A stretch of DNA of 64,000 bases from Methanomicrobiales archaeon (lineage in GTDB: Archaea; Halobacteriota; Methanomicrobia; Methanomicrobiales; JACTUA01), in contig JASEFH010000006.1 of NCBI GenBank assembly GCA_030019205.1, positions 22,536 to 86,535 on the forward strand. The letters run 5' to 3'. This document shows, piece after piece, positions 38,514 through 48,329 of this stretch. A program made the position numbers and the translations under genes. Under the pieces are notes generated by a model, which did not search any database, was not told the origin of the DNA, and worked only from the letters and a program-made list of their open reading frames with translations. The number at the start of each line of letters is the position of its first letter. Within the stretch, counting starts at the first letter, position 1.

Positions 38514-41500
38514 TCACAGCAGTCCCGTGAGCTTCAGCACGATAAAGTTCTTCCCGCCTTTGGGCGCCGGGGTTGTCTTCTCCGGCTTCACGTTCCTGGG
38601 AGCGTTGCAGGTAAGCCCGTCGAACGTGCAGGGGTTACTGCTGCTCAGCTCGATCTCGCATTCGGGATCGTCGCTGTTCTGGCAGCACCCGAACTTGTAG
38701 TTGTTCAGGCAGTCTGCAACCTCGTATGCCTTGCCGAACTCTCCAGCATCGTAGAGATCCTGGACGTAGCCCCAGAGATCAGTGAGACTGTTCGATTTCG
38801 CCTCATCAATCGCATCCTCGAGGGTGTAATAGCACTCCTCAAAGATCGGCTCTCCATAGGAATCGTAATCAATCGGCTCATACCTGTTAATGTCGATGAC
38901 GAAGCCGAATCCTTCCTCGTAATACAGCGAGGTCAGGAACAACGCGAGCATCTGGGCCTCGGCCTTCTCCCGGGCACTGCGTGCATTGTAGTTGGCGATC
39001 CTGTCGTAGATGCAGGTCCAGTTGTCGCAATCGGTTTCTCCACTGCATGTGCAGCCACGCACGGCGGAGCACACATCCGCCGGCTTCACTGTCTCGAAGA
39101 ACTCGTCGCAGACCTGCCGGCCGTTCTCTCCGTTCAGGTACTTGTAGATGTTGTTCTTCCAGAACCCGATCGTCAGGCCGCACCAGAGATTCTTGGGCGT
39201 ATTATTTACCTGGAAGTGGACAGTCGTGCCCACGGTCACCGGGATCGTGGTGTCAGGGCCGAAGTCTACACATCGGTTGCCCAGGTCAACCGGTATGGCG
39301 TCGTCTGCGTTGGGATTATAGGGGATGACCGTGACAAAACCGTTGCCGGTATCCACTTGCCAGGACGCTTCGAACTCATCGGGAATGTTCATCTCGCAGA
39401 CCGTATACGTCGTATCGGGCCGTAAGGCCGGCGCCCCGAAGTCGAGCATGCCATCTGCGTCATTAAGGGTTGAGTCGGTTGCGATGGCTGTTGTACCGAA
39501 CCCGTCAGGACCTTCGTAGAGGGCAAACTGCCAGTCTCTGGTCGGATCGACCACCCCACCGGTCAACTTGAGCAGGTCGACATAGCCGGCCTCGCACGTG
39601 TAGGTGGTGGTGGCAGCATCGCTGTCAGTCCAGCCATCGCTGCCAGTCACTGTAGCGACATTGTTCAGAGTATCGCCGTAGGCACCACTTGTGCCGTATG
39701 CACCTGCACAATTCGAGCAGGTGTGGCTATCGGAGTAGCTGAATGGACCAAAGGCGTAACTTCCAGCCTGGGCATGACCCGTCAATGCCTCGTTAAGAGG
39801 ACCTTGTTGATCGACTAGCGTGGCATTTTCGTCTATCTGGCTCGCAGCCCACTCGATAGTATCGGTTGCGGTGAACGGAACACTGCCCATTACCGCGGTA
39901 GCGGTGTTCGACGTTGGGGCATCTGCGTCATCGGTGTAGGACAGGTCGAGGACTTCATAGTCACAAACTGCCGTACCACCAGCGGGAACCGTCAGCTGAC
40001 CGTTGACGAGTGTTCCACCGCTGCATGAACCTATCGTCGCAGATGTACCATCTTTGAGCTCGTCCGTGAGTGAAACGATCAGCGCGTCCTCCGGATTGGG
40101 ATTGACGACCGTGATGATTCCAGTAACGTCAAAGTTACCTTCAGTGACATTTTCGATCACTGTGACCATCCAGGTCCATTCGAGCGTATCTCCAGGATAA
40201 CCGGACCGCGACTCGGGTTCGACGGACTTGGTCACATTCCATTCGTGCCGTTCATCGTAGGTGCCGGCAGCCGTCTTGCTGATGGTCGGGACATAACAAT
40301 TCACGGAAGTCGCTGCAGTCGAAGAATCACTGAATGGTTCGCTCCATACGGTTGCTGTGTTGTCCTCACTGTAAGTATAGGTGTTATCGCCTTCATAGAG
40401 CCCTTTGTCAACCGAACAGGTATACGACTCTGCGTACGTCCAGGTTCCACCTTCCGTGATATTCAGGGGGAATGCCGGATTCTGGTCATCGTCGAGTGTG
40501 ACCGACTCGCGGATCACGTTGGCCGTCCACTCAATGGCATCCGAGGCGCTGAACGAGATGCCATTCAATACAGCCGTGGCCGTGTTGCACGTGGGTGCAT
40601 CGGCAACACGGCCATAGGCAAGAACTGCCGAATAATCACAGACTGTCGATTCGCCGGCCGCAACGGTCAGGCCGTCGCTCAGATCAGCATCCCCGGTGCA
40701 GGCGGTGATGGTTGCTACGGTGGTATCGCTCAGGACATCCGAGAGAGCAACTGTCATCGCGTCCTCGGGATTGTGGTTGACAACCGTGATGGTACCCGAT
40801 GCAACGAAGTCCTCTTCAAAGACCTCTTCTGTTACAACTACCGTCCACTCATAGCCGACCGTATCCCCAGCAAACGCACTCTGCGACATGGGATCGACCG
40901 TCTTCTCGACATCCCACTCGTGCCGTTCGTTATAGGTTCCAGCGGCCGTCTTGCCTATTTCGGGGATGTAGCAGGTGATGGCAGTCGATGTGGTGGAGGA
41001 GTCTTGCTCTTCCTCTTCCGAGGTTACTGTGGCGGTGTTCCAGATCGTCTCCGTATACGAGTAATCGCTAGCATACTTGTTCGTATCGACCGAACAGGTG
41101 TACGCATCCTCGATCGTCCAGGTACCGCTGCCGCTGATCGTCTCGCTAAGCGGCCCCTGCAGATCCTTAAGCGCTGCATCGCCCCGGATTACGTTCGCGG
41201 ACCACTCGATGGGATCGGTAGCAATGAACTCAATACCGTTCAGCGTGGCGGTAGCCGTGTTCCCGTTGGGCGCTGCCGCGTCATCGCTGTAGGCAAGATT
41301 GTCTGCTGTGTATGAACAGACTGTCGTGGTGCTCGCCGGAATGGTCAGCGATCCCCCCGCATACGTCGCACCGTTTGTACAGGTGCCAATCTCGGCAGTC
41401 GTATCGTCGCTGAGAACGTCGGTTAGACCTATCGTCATCGCCATCGGTGCCGGGTTCTGCACGATGATGGTTCCGGCAATGTCGAAGTTCTCCTCGAATA

Positions 41501-43703
41501 CCGATTCCGTGACCTTGATCGTCCACGTGAAGGGAACGGTGTCCCCGACGAATCCGCTCTGTGATACGGGATCGACCGTCTTCTCGACATCCCACTCGTG
41601 GCGTTCATCGTAGGTACCGGCTGCCGTCTTGCTCACAACCGGGGCGTAGCACGTCACCGTCACCGACGCGGAATCCGTCAGACCGATGCCGCTGTCGAGG
41701 ATGGCCGTGTTGTTCTCGGTGTACGTATACACGCCGTTTTCATACAAGGATGCGTCTGCCGGGCAGGTGAACGTCTCGGAGAAGGTCTCTTCGGTTGTGC
41801 CGGAGATTTCCGTCGAGTACGCGAACCGAGTATCGCTCAACGTGCCCGAGTCGTAGCCGATCCGGTTCTCCGTCCACTCGACGTCCGCATAGCCGTTATA
41901 CTGTTCCCCGTTATAGGTCACCGTCGCCGTGTTTTTGGTCGCAGTTTTATCCGATGGCAGGGCAATGTAGGTGCACTCCATACCGCTGCCTGGCTCGATT
42001 GTGTAGCTCGGGCAGGTAACCTGCGCACTTGTGCCGTCATTCAGCACATCGGATACAGTCACGGTCACCGGGTACGAAGCCGGGTTGTAGATCGAGATCG
42101 CGCCCGTCACCTTGTAGTCATCGGTTACCTCGGTCTTGGTGGCAACGACTGTCCAATTGGACTCAAACTTATCGCCCGCGAAGCCTTCATGGCTGGCGTC
42201 GTCCACCGACTTGTCCAGTTCCCAGGTGACCGTGCGGTTGTAGGTGCCCACGGCGGTCTTGTTGATTGCATACCCGCCAACGAACCGGAAGCAGTTGTAT
42301 ATGGTCGTGGCGTCAGCCCTGTCGACGATGCCTTCGCTGTCGGTCACGTTGGCGGGATTGTACTCGCTTCCCATGTAGCTGCCGCCACCCATCAGGGTGT
42401 AGTCCGAAGCGAGCAGCGAGCAGGTGTGGCTGCCATTGCCGGTGAACGTCCTTGGGCCTCCTCCAGCCGTGAGCTGTACGTTCAGCCCGATCTGCCCATC
42501 GGTCACCGTGGCCGTGCCGCCGATCACGTTCTTGACGAAATTGACCGAGGCGGTTCCGATGAATTCGGCTCCGTTCAGGGTCGCCGTGGCGGTGTTCAGC
42601 GTTGCAGTCTTGCCTGTCGGTTCAGCCCTGTAAGTACAGGTACCCGTCTCTTTGGCTGCAACCGTCAGGCTGGTCGACCCAGATCCACAGTCCACCGTCG
42701 CCGGAGTGCTGTCGTTCAGGACGTCGGCGACCGTTACAGTCATCTCTTTATCCGCCGGGTTGTAGATCGAGATCGTGCCCCAGACAGCAAAGTTGCTATC
42801 CCTCGTGGTTTCACTGACGTTAACCTGCCAGGTCCAGTCCAGCGTGTCGCCCGCAAGACCGCCCTGGGAGAGCGGATCGACTGACTTCTCAATAGACCAG
42901 TTGTGGATCTCGTCGTAACTGGCACTGGCGTTCTTGCTCACCACCGGGGCATAGCAGGTGACGGTCACGGTGGCATCGTCGGACTGGCCGGTCTCGCTGA
43001 TGGTGGCCGTGTTGTTTACGTCGAACTTGTAGACGCCGTTCGTATAGTACGATGCATTGGTCGGGCAGGTGAAGTCGTCGGAGTACTCGAAAGTCTTGTC
43101 GCCGCTAGCCGAACCCAGAGCGCCCTGCACGCTGTCTTCAACGTTGACGGTCCCATAACCCTCGAATGTGGTTGGGTCGCCGAAGGTGTAGTCTGCCGTG
43201 GCTGTTGCGCCACCAACGTTTGAATTTAAGCTCGTAATCGTTGCAGTATTGGTACCATTTATGGGACCAGTTAGATCAGCGCTGTACGTGCACGTCGTGC
43301 TCGCTCCCGGTCCAAGAGTATAGGTCGGGCAATTAACTACCGCTACCGTGCCACCAACAGAATCGGATACTGTAAAGCCTACCGTGAACGGGGAGGGATT
43401 GGTAACGACGATGGTACCCCGGACAATCCAGTCCGAATCGGTGACAGTTTGATCGAGGGCTACCTCGTAATTGGAATTGAATGTCTCGCCTGCAAAGCCG
43501 GAATGGGAAGCATTATCCACCCTCTTATCGATTGTCCAGGTGTAGGTGCGGGTGTACTCGGCGTTGGCTGTCTTTATCGCGTTCAGTTCGTAATCATAGC
43601 ATACCTCAATGTGACTTAGACCAGCAGGTTGATTGTTTGGTCCTATGGGACTATGAAGCCCCGTATCCCCATAAGATTCTGCGGGAGGGTCATAGATGTA
43701 CAA
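38514..43703 (-). CDS. Giant repetitive surface/adhesin-like protein, main body (frame stays open upstream to 43832)
   Basis: 1729-aa ORF with six tandem 210-227-aa repeats. Each starts at K(T/N)A..(T/S)Y....W.(I/V/L).K.V(D/E), at residues 44, 257, 482, 692, 918 and 1143. These are followed by a prealbumin/Cna-B-like segment and a Cys-rich C-terminal domain (WCGLTIGFWKNN...). The TTG start in the track falls mid-domain; see the frameshift finding. Confidence 0.85.
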   Translation of the reverse strand: MYIYDPPAESYGDTGLHSPIGPNNQPAGLSHIEVCYDYELNAIKTANAEYTRTYTWTIDKRVDNASHSGFAGETFNSNYEVALDQTVTDSDWIVRGTIVVTNPSPFTVGFTVSDSVGGTVAVVNCPTYTLGPGASTTCTYSADLTGPINGTNTATITSLNSNVGGATATADYTFGDPTTFEGYGTVNVEDSVQGALGSASGDKTFEYSDDFTCPTNASYYTNGVYKFDVNNTATISETGQSDDATVTVTCYAPVVSKNASASYDEIHNWSIEKSVDPLSQGGLAGDTLDWTWQVNVSETTRDSNFAVWGTISIYNPADKEMTVTVADVLNDSTPATVDCGSGSTSLTVAAKETGTCTYRAEPTGKTATLNTATATLNGAEFIGTASVNFVKNVIGGTATVTDGQIGLNVQLTAGGGPRTFTGNGSHTCSLLASDYTLMGGGSYMGSEYNPANVTDSEGIVDRADATTIYNCFRFVGGYAINKTAVGTYNRTVTWELDKSVDDASHEGFAGDKFESNWTVVATKTEVTDDYKVTGAISIYNPASYPVTVTVSDVLNDGTSAQVTCPSYTIEPGSGMECTYIALPSDKTATKNTATVTYNGEQYNGYADVEWTENRIGYDSGTLSDTRFAYSTEISGTTEETFSETFTCPADASLYENGVYTYTENNTAILDSGIGLTDSASVTVTCYAPVVSKTAAGTYDERHEWDVEKTVDPVSQSGFVGDTVPFTWTIKVTESVFEENFDIAGTIIVQNPAPMAMTIGLTDVLSDDTTAEIGTCTNGATYAGGSLTIPASTTTVCSYTADNLAYSDDAAAPNGNTATATLNGIEFIATDPIEWSANVIRGDAALKDLQGPLSETISGSGTWTIEDAYTCSVDTNKYASDYSYTETIWNTATVTSEEEEQDSSTTSTAITCYIPEIGKTAAGTYNERHEWDVEKTVDPMSQSAFAGDTVGYEWTVVVTEEVFEEDFVASGTITVVNHNPEDAMTVALSDVLSDTTVATITACTGDADLSDGLTVAAGESTVCDYSAVLAYGRVADAPTCNTATAVLNGISFSASDAIEWTANVIRESVTLDDDQNPAFPLNITEGGTWTYAESYTCSVDKGLYEGDNTYTYSEDNTATVWSEPFSDSSTAATSVNCYVPTISKTAAGTYDERHEWNVTKSVEPESRSGYPGDTLEWTWMVTVIENVTEGNFDVTGIITVVNPNPEDALIVSLTDELKDGTSATIGSCSGGTLVNGQLTVPAGGTAVCDYEVLDLSYTDDADAPTSNTATAVMGSVPFTATDTIEWAASQIDENATLVDQQGPLNEALTGHAQAGSYAFGPFSYSDSHTCSNCAGAYGTSGAYGDTLNNVATVTGSDGWTDSDAATTTYTCEAGYVDLLKLTGGVVDPTRDWQFALYEGPDGFGTTAIATDSTLNDADGMLDFGAPALRPDTTYTVCEMNIPDEFEASWQVDTGNGFVTVIPYNPNADDAIPVDLGNRCVDFGPDTTIPVTVGTTVHFQVNNTPKNLWCGLTIGFWKNNIYKYLNGENGRQVCDEFFETVKPADVCSAVRGCTCSGETDCDNWTCIYDRIANYNARSAREKAEAQMLALFLTSLYYEEGFGFVIDINRYEPIDYDSYGEPIFEECYYTLEDAIDEAKSNSLTDLWGYVQDLYDAGEFGKAYEVADCLNNYKFGCCQNSDDPECEIELSSSNPCTFDGLTCNAPRNVKPEKTTPAPKGGKNFIVLKLTGLL
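39594..43574 (-). repeat. Intragenic tandem repeat array (6 units of ~630-680 nt)
   Basis: Unit starts are at about nt 43574, 42935, 42260, 41630, 40952 and 40277. The last three units are also recognisably similar at DNA level (e.g. cccactcgtg(c/g)cgttc(a/g)t(c/t)(g/a)taggt.cc.gc.gccgtcttgc at ~41590, ~40915 and ~40245). Confidence 0.8.
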
Positions 43704-43981
43704 GTTGGCATTCGGCCCACCTTTGGATATGATAGCATCGATACCAACAGTGGAAGTCCAATCGAAGTACGTACCATCGGAAGTGAATGTAAAGGTGCCT
43801 CCACGAAAGAATAAGTTCCTGGATTCGGTGGATCAATCTTATAACCAGCAGCGTATCCCCTCTCCTCACATGTCGGATTGCCTTGAACGAGTATTGGTGC
43901 GACACTGGCTGCAACGGCAACTCCTGCCGTTGCGATCACACACAGGGCCACGATCAGCCCCAGAATCGCAATTTTCCTCAT
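43643..43981 (-). CDS. N-terminal fragment of the giant surface protein (signal peptide plus the start of the first domain); only codons 1-59 look genuine
   Basis: MRKIAILGLIVALCVIATAGVAVAASVAPILVQGNPTCEERGYAAGYKIDPPNPGTYSF, after which the frame degenerates. The -1 frame continues RGGTFTFTSDGTYFDWTSTVGIDAIISKGGPNANLYIYDPP, which is the body ORF. Confidence 0.75.
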   Translation of the reverse strand: MRKIAILGLIVALCVIATAGVAVAASVAPILVQGNPTCEERGYAAGYKIDPPNPGTYSFVEAPLHSLPMVRTSIGLPLLVSMLSYPKVGRMPTCTSMTLPQNLMGIRGFIVP

Positions 43982-44159
43982 ACCTTCACCTCAACATTTG
44001 CTTACTGTTCATTGACACCTCAACCCCGGGTTGTCCAGAGAGATCCAGGAGTATCCCCCTTTCGCTGGAATGCCGGCCTCCGCCATGTCCCCCCCGGGAA
44101 TATGTGCAGAAACCAGGGATGCCCCCATCATCTCCCCCGGTACAGAAGCGGGCTGCTTT

Positions 44160-44345
44160 ACTTACACCAATTCTTCATTGGTGCAACATATAAAGGTATT
44201 TAATGAAGAAATAATTTCAAATTTTTTGTATTTTTAGATGGAGAAATAATAATAAAATTTAATTATAATAAAAATAATTGCATCATCAATGCTGTTTACT
44301 ATATATAATTTACTACCCCTGTTTTCAAAAGGATTTCCCTTCGAC
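44160..44345. other. AT-rich island 2 (upstream of the giant surface-protein gene)
   Basis: ...atataaaggtatttaatgaagaaataatttcaaattttttgtatttttagatggagaaataataataaaatttaattataataaaaataattg... On the minus strand, a TATA-like CCTTTATATGT sits at 44186-44196, about 205 nt upstream of ATG 43981. Confidence 0.85.
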
Positions 44346-44755
44346 AGGTAAATGGCTATTGTGTTTGCCATATTGGAGGGAGGATCACGTAAAGTTTTGC
44401 ACATGTGACGACGGCGTCCGACGGCGCGGGCAGGAGAGATTGTTCCCAACGGAGGGCATTGCGGGAGTATAAAAACCCCCGCGGCGCACCCCTTCCAGCC
44501 GGAAGGGGGAAGTGCGGTGGAGAGAGATGCCAGCTCGAACAGGGGAGCAGGGGCAGGTGCGGCTCGCGGTGACCGGGGCCCGTGCTCGAGTCCATGCCAT
44601 ATGCAGCCTCCCGGTTTGCCGTGAACTCCATTTGCATCCGAACACCCCGGGAGTCATTTTTAAATGGGTTGCTGCCCACTAAGCTACATCGGACACCCGC
44701 GCCGGAAGAACTGTTGTGGTTGGCAACAAGACGGTGCGGTAAACGGGGGAGCACC

Positions 44756-46543
44756 ATGGCGGAGAAGGCGGAAAAGGCAAAGATCCGGACACCCATCGTG
44801 GCCGTCCTCGGCCACGTGGATCACGGGAAGACGACGCTCCTGGACAAGATCCGGGGATCCTCCGTGGTCTCCACCGAGGCCGGGGCGATCACCCAGCACA
44901 TCGGGGCCACCGTGGTGCCGCTGGACACCATCCAGAAGATGAGCGGCGGTTTTGCGTCCGCCGCCATCAACGTGCCCGGGCTCCTCTTCATCGACACCCC
45001 GGGCCACCACGCGTTCACCACGCTCCGCGCCCGCGGCGGAGCCCTGGCCGACCTGGCGATCCTGGTGGTGGACATCAACGAGGGCTTCCAGCCGCAGACG
45101 ATCGAGGCCCTCCAGATCCTCCGCAGCTACAAGACGCCCTTTGTGGTCGCCGCCACCAAGATCGACCGTGTGCACGGCTGGAGGGTCCACCCGGACGAAC
45201 CGTTCCAGAAGACCTTTGCACAGCAGGGGGAGCGGTCGCGGAGCGTCTTCGAGAACAGGCTCTACGAGGTGGTGGGGAGACTCGCCGAGCTCGGGTTCAA
45301 TTCCGACCGCTACGACCGCGTGCGGGACTTCCAGCGGACCATCGCCATCGTGCCGGTGAGCGGCGTCACCGGAGAGGGAATCCCGGATCTCCTGATGGTG
45401 CTCGTGGGGCTGGCGCAGCGGTTCCTTGCGCAGGATCTCCGCTACAGCGCCGGGGGGCCCGGTGCCGGCACCGTGCTCGAGGTGAAGGAGGAGCGGGGGC
45501 TCGGGACCACGCTGGACGTGATCCTGTACGACGGCACCATATCGGTCGGGGACGAGATCGTGATGGCCTCGCGGGACGGGATCGTCACAACCAGGGTCCG
45601 GTCCCTCCTGATGCCCTCTCCCCTGAAGGAGATCCGGGTGGAGGACCGCTTCAACCGCGTGAAATCGGTCACCGCCGCCGCGGGCATCAAGGTATCCGCC
45701 CCGAACCTGGAAGGAGTGATCGCGGGTTCGCCGCTGCGGGTGGCGGGAAAGGATCGCGACGGCGCGATCGAGACGGTCCGGCGGGAGATGGAGGAGGTCA
45801 AAATCCCGCTCTCCGAAGAGGGGATCACGATCAAGGCCGATACCATCGGCGCCCTCGAAGCCCTCTCCAAGGAGCTGCAGGACCGCCAGATCGGGGTGAT
45901 GAAGGCGGAGGTCGGGCCGGTGAGCCGCCACGACGTGGTCGAGGTCGGCACCCTCAAGGACCCGTTCCACTCCGTGATCCTGAGCTTCAACGCGCCGATC
46001 CTCCCCGATGCGGCCGTTCTCCTGAAAGAGGCGGGATACGCACACGTGCGGGTGTTCGAAGGCGGGATCATCTACCGCCTGATCGACGACTACATCCAGT
46101 GGCGGGACGAGAAGAAGCGGGAGATCGAAGCCAGGAAGTTCGAGCAGATCGTCCTGCCCGCGAAGATCACGCTCCTCCCCCACTGCGTCTTCCGCACCAA
46201 CAACCCCGCCGTGGTCGGCGTGCGGGTGCTGGGCGGCCGGCTCGCCACGAACATCACCCTGATCGACCAGAAGGGGAGAGCGGTCGGCCACCTGAAGAGC
46301 ATGCAGCTGCGGGGCGAGTCCATCCACGAGGCGGATGCCGGCCAGGAGGTGGCCATCTCCATCGAGGGGCCCACCGTCGGGCGGCAGATCAACGTGAACG
46401 ACATCCTCTATGCCGATATCCCCGAACGGCATGCCAAGGTGCTCGAGCACGAGATGATGTCCAACCTGAACCCGAGCATGCAGGACGTCCTGGAGGAGTT
46501 CCTGCGCCTGAAGAGGAGAGCCGATCCGTTCTGGGGGAAGTAA
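44756..46543 (+). CDS. infB: Translation initiation factor aIF5B (IF-2)
   Basis: ORF 44582..46543 trimmed to ATG 44756: [35 protein letters not shown] (G1), DTPGH (G3), ATKID (G4). Confidence 0.95.
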   Translation: MAEKAEKAKIRTPIVAVLGHVDHGKTTLLDKIRGSSVVSTEAGAITQHIGATVVPLDTIQKMSGGFASAAINVPGLLFIDTPGHHAFTTLRARGGALADLAILVVDINEGFQPQTIEALQILRSYKTPFVVAATKIDRVHGWRVHPDEPFQKTFAQQGERSRSVFENRLYEVVGRLAELGFNSDRYDRVRDFQRTIAIVPVSGVTGEGIPDLLMVLVGLAQRFLAQDLRYSAGGPGAGTVLEVKEERGLGTTLDVILYDGTISVGDEIVMASRDGIVTTRVRSLLMPSPLKEIRVEDRFNRVKSVTAAAGIKVSAPNLEGVIAGSPLRVAGKDRDGAIETVRREMEEVKIPLSEEGITIKADTIGALEALSKELQDRQIGVMKAEVGPVSRHDVVEVGTLKDPFHSVILSFNAPILPDAAVLLKEAGYAHVRVFEGGIIYRLIDDYIQWRDEKKREIEARKFEQIVLPAKITLLPHCVFRTNNPAVVGVRVLGGRLATNITLIDQKGRAVGHLKSMQLRGESIHEADAGQEVAISIEGPTVGRQINVNDILYADIPERHAKVLEHEMMSNLNPSMQDVLEEFLRLKRRADPFWGK

Positions 46544-46594
46544 GCATTTAATAAGCCTCTCGTCCAATGTATTAGAGACTTCGGAGATGTGACA

Positions 46595-47005
46595 ATGGCA
46601 GAGTTCAAGATCGTTGTATCCGATCCCAGGACGGGGCGGGCGTATAACCTCAACGTGAGCGGAGGACAGGCAGGCATCTTCATCGGCCGCAGGATCGGGG
46701 ACGAGATCGACATGACCCCTCTCGGGATGCCGGGGTACAGCCTGAAGATCACGGGCGGGACGGACCGCATCGGGACGCCGGCCCGCAGGGATCTGCCGGG
46801 GATGGCCCGCAGGAGAGTGCTTCTCGCCGGCGGGGTCGGATACCACCCGCAGAACGAGGGCGTGCGGAGAAGGAAGACCGTCCGGGGGAACGAGATCAAC
46901 GCGGACTTCGTCCAGATCAACGCCCGGATCGAGAAGTTCGGGGAGAAGGCGCTCGACACCTACTTCGGGAAGGCGGAAGAGGCAAAAGAAGGCACGGCCG
47001 CCTGA
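46595..47005 (+). CDS. rps6e: 30S ribosomal protein S6e
   Basis: MAEFKIVVSDPRTGRAYNLNVSGGQAGIFIGRRIGDEIDM...KITGGTDRIGTPARRD. A GGAG motif lies 9 nt upstream of ATG 46595. Confidence 0.93.
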   Translation: MAEFKIVVSDPRTGRAYNLNVSGGQAGIFIGRRIGDEIDMTPLGMPGYSLKITGGTDRIGTPARRDLPGMARRRVLLAGGVGYHPQNEGVRRRKTVRGNEINADFVQINARIEKFGEKALDTYFGKAEEAKEGTAA

Positions 47006-47018
47006 AATATATATACCG

Positions 47019-47489
47019 CTATCCGCTCTTTTCTTTGACGACCGCTTCCGTCAGCCGCTCCAGGATATCCGCAAACGGAACCCCGTACTTCTTGGCGAGC
47101 AGCACCACCGCGGATTCCGCCCGCAGTTTGCCGTCGAAATCGGTCTCCACGACCCGGTTCATCTCCGCGGCCACGTCCGTCGGCGAGCGGCCCGCGGCCG
47201 ATGCGATCCGCAGGATCAGCTCCTGGACGGGCTCGTCCTCTTCCAGAACGGCGGACGTGGGCTTGAATCCCAGCGGAATGACCACTTCGGACGGATCGAA
47301 CAGCGGGCGGAGCACGCCCCCGCTGTAGTCGATCAGGCCGGCCGCCTTCGCCCTCTCGATGAGCCGGTCTGCCTGATCGCGGTTCATCCACTTCTTCTCG
47401 ATGGCGATGTAAAAGATGAACTCCGCCTTCTGCAGCCTGTCCTTCCGGGTGTGCTTGAACGGGGCCGCCACCGTCGCGATAAGGCTCAC
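47019..47489 (-). CDS. DUF2240-like conserved archaeal protein
   Basis: GTG 47489 overlaps the upstream stop (GTGA). VSLIATVAAPFKHTRKDRLQKAEFIFYIAIEKKWMNRDQADRLIERAKAAGLI resembles DUF2240 N-termini as I recall them. Confidence 0.5.
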   Translation of the reverse strand: MSLIATVAAPFKHTRKDRLQKAEFIFYIAIEKKWMNRDQADRLIERAKAAGLIDYSGGVLRPLFDPSEVVIPLGFKPTSAVLEEDEPVQELILRIASAAGRSPTDVAAEMNRVVETDFDGKLRAESAVVLLAKKYGVPFADILERLTEAVVKEKSG

Positions 47490-47911
47490 GCGCAGGCACC
47501 TGCGAGCAGCTTCTTGAGATCCATCGCATCCACCGGGCCGCCTCTGCCGTCCTTTGCCACGGCACACTCCGAGACCGATCCCCGATCGGTCACCCGGAGG
47601 AAGAAGTTGCTCTGCGACGCCGGCACCCGCCCGCCCGGTTTCAGGTAGGTGTCCTGCACCGAGAGGCGGTAATCGACCGCCTCGCTCGCGAGATTCTCGA
47701 ACGGCGGAACCTGGTCCAGCGGCTCGAAACCCGTCTTGCCCGTCGCCACCTGCACCACCACACTCCGCTTGACCAGGTCGGAACCCTGCCGCTCCGTCGT
47801 GTGGCAGTTGTGCAGCTCCCGCAGGCGGGCGAGCACCTCCCGGAACGGGCGGTCGATCTCGAACTCCAGATCGATGATATTCGGAAACCGATGGTAGATT
47901 CTCCGCATCAC
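47486..47911 (-). CDS. Conserved hypothetical protein (141 aa)
   Basis: Clean ORF with normal codon bias, coupled to the downstream gene. I recognise no motif. Confidence 0.55.
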   Translation of the reverse strand: MMRRIYHRFPNIIDLEFEIDRPFREVLARLRELHNCHTTERQGSDLVKRSVVVQVATGKTGFEPLDQVPPFENLASEAVDYRLSVQDTYLKPGGRVPASQSNFFLRVTDRGSVSECAVAKDGRGGPVDAMDLKKLLAGACA

Positions 47912-47951
47912 TACACTATTGGCGCAGCCGGGAGTAAAAAGATGCGATATT

Positions 47952-48329
47952 TTATGGGAGCAGGATCGCGTTCACGACCCCGTCCTGGCTGGGGCGGCTG
48001 ACGATGCGTGCATTCCCGAGCTCGGTCCTGATGATGGCCCCCTTGGTGAGGGTGTTCCTCCGCACGAAGTTGGGATTGGCTCGGTTCTCCACCACGGTCT
48101 CGATCCTGGCCCTCTTCGTCTCGCCGGTGGAGGGGTTGGACACGCTGGCGTACTCCGCCCGCAGGGCACGCACCTTGTGGTTGCCCCCCTGGGAACGGAT
48201 CACCCTCACCCTCCTCTCGCCGATGACCGTCTCGGCGGATGCCCTTCCGATCTCGAATCTCCTCTTTGCCCGGAGAGGTCTGTACCTCCCCCCCGTCGCT
48301 TTCCGTATCGATCTGCCTTGCCAGAGCAT
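47952..48329 (-). CDS. rps8e: 30S ribosomal protein S8e
   Basis: MLWQGRSIRKATGGRYRPLRAKRRFEIGR...VRVIRSQGGNHKVRALR is the S8e signature. Confidence 0.93.
   Translation of the reverse strand: MLWQGRSIRKATGGRYRPLRAKRRFEIGRASAETVIGERRVRVIRSQGGNHKVRALRAEYASVSNPSTGETKRARIETVVENRANPNFVRRNTLTKGAIIRTELGNARIVSRPSQDGVVNAILLP

Noticed and set aside
43795-43815. Programmed -1 ribosomal frameshift in the giant gene
   Set aside because: The break occurs at U UCU UUC G. This is not a canonical X XXY YYZ slippery heptamer, and I see no obvious downstream stimulatory structure. A mutation or sequencing indel is more likely, so it is kept only as a minor alternative.
44160-44345. AT-rich islands as replication origins
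   Set aside because: There is no adjacent orc1/cdc6, and I could not recognise ORB-type inverted repeats. All three islands have a simpler explanation as upstream regions of secreted-protein genes.
44684-46846. 720-aa minus-strand ORF over aIF5B/S6e
   Set aside because: It is antisense to two highly conserved translation genes and has no protein-like features.
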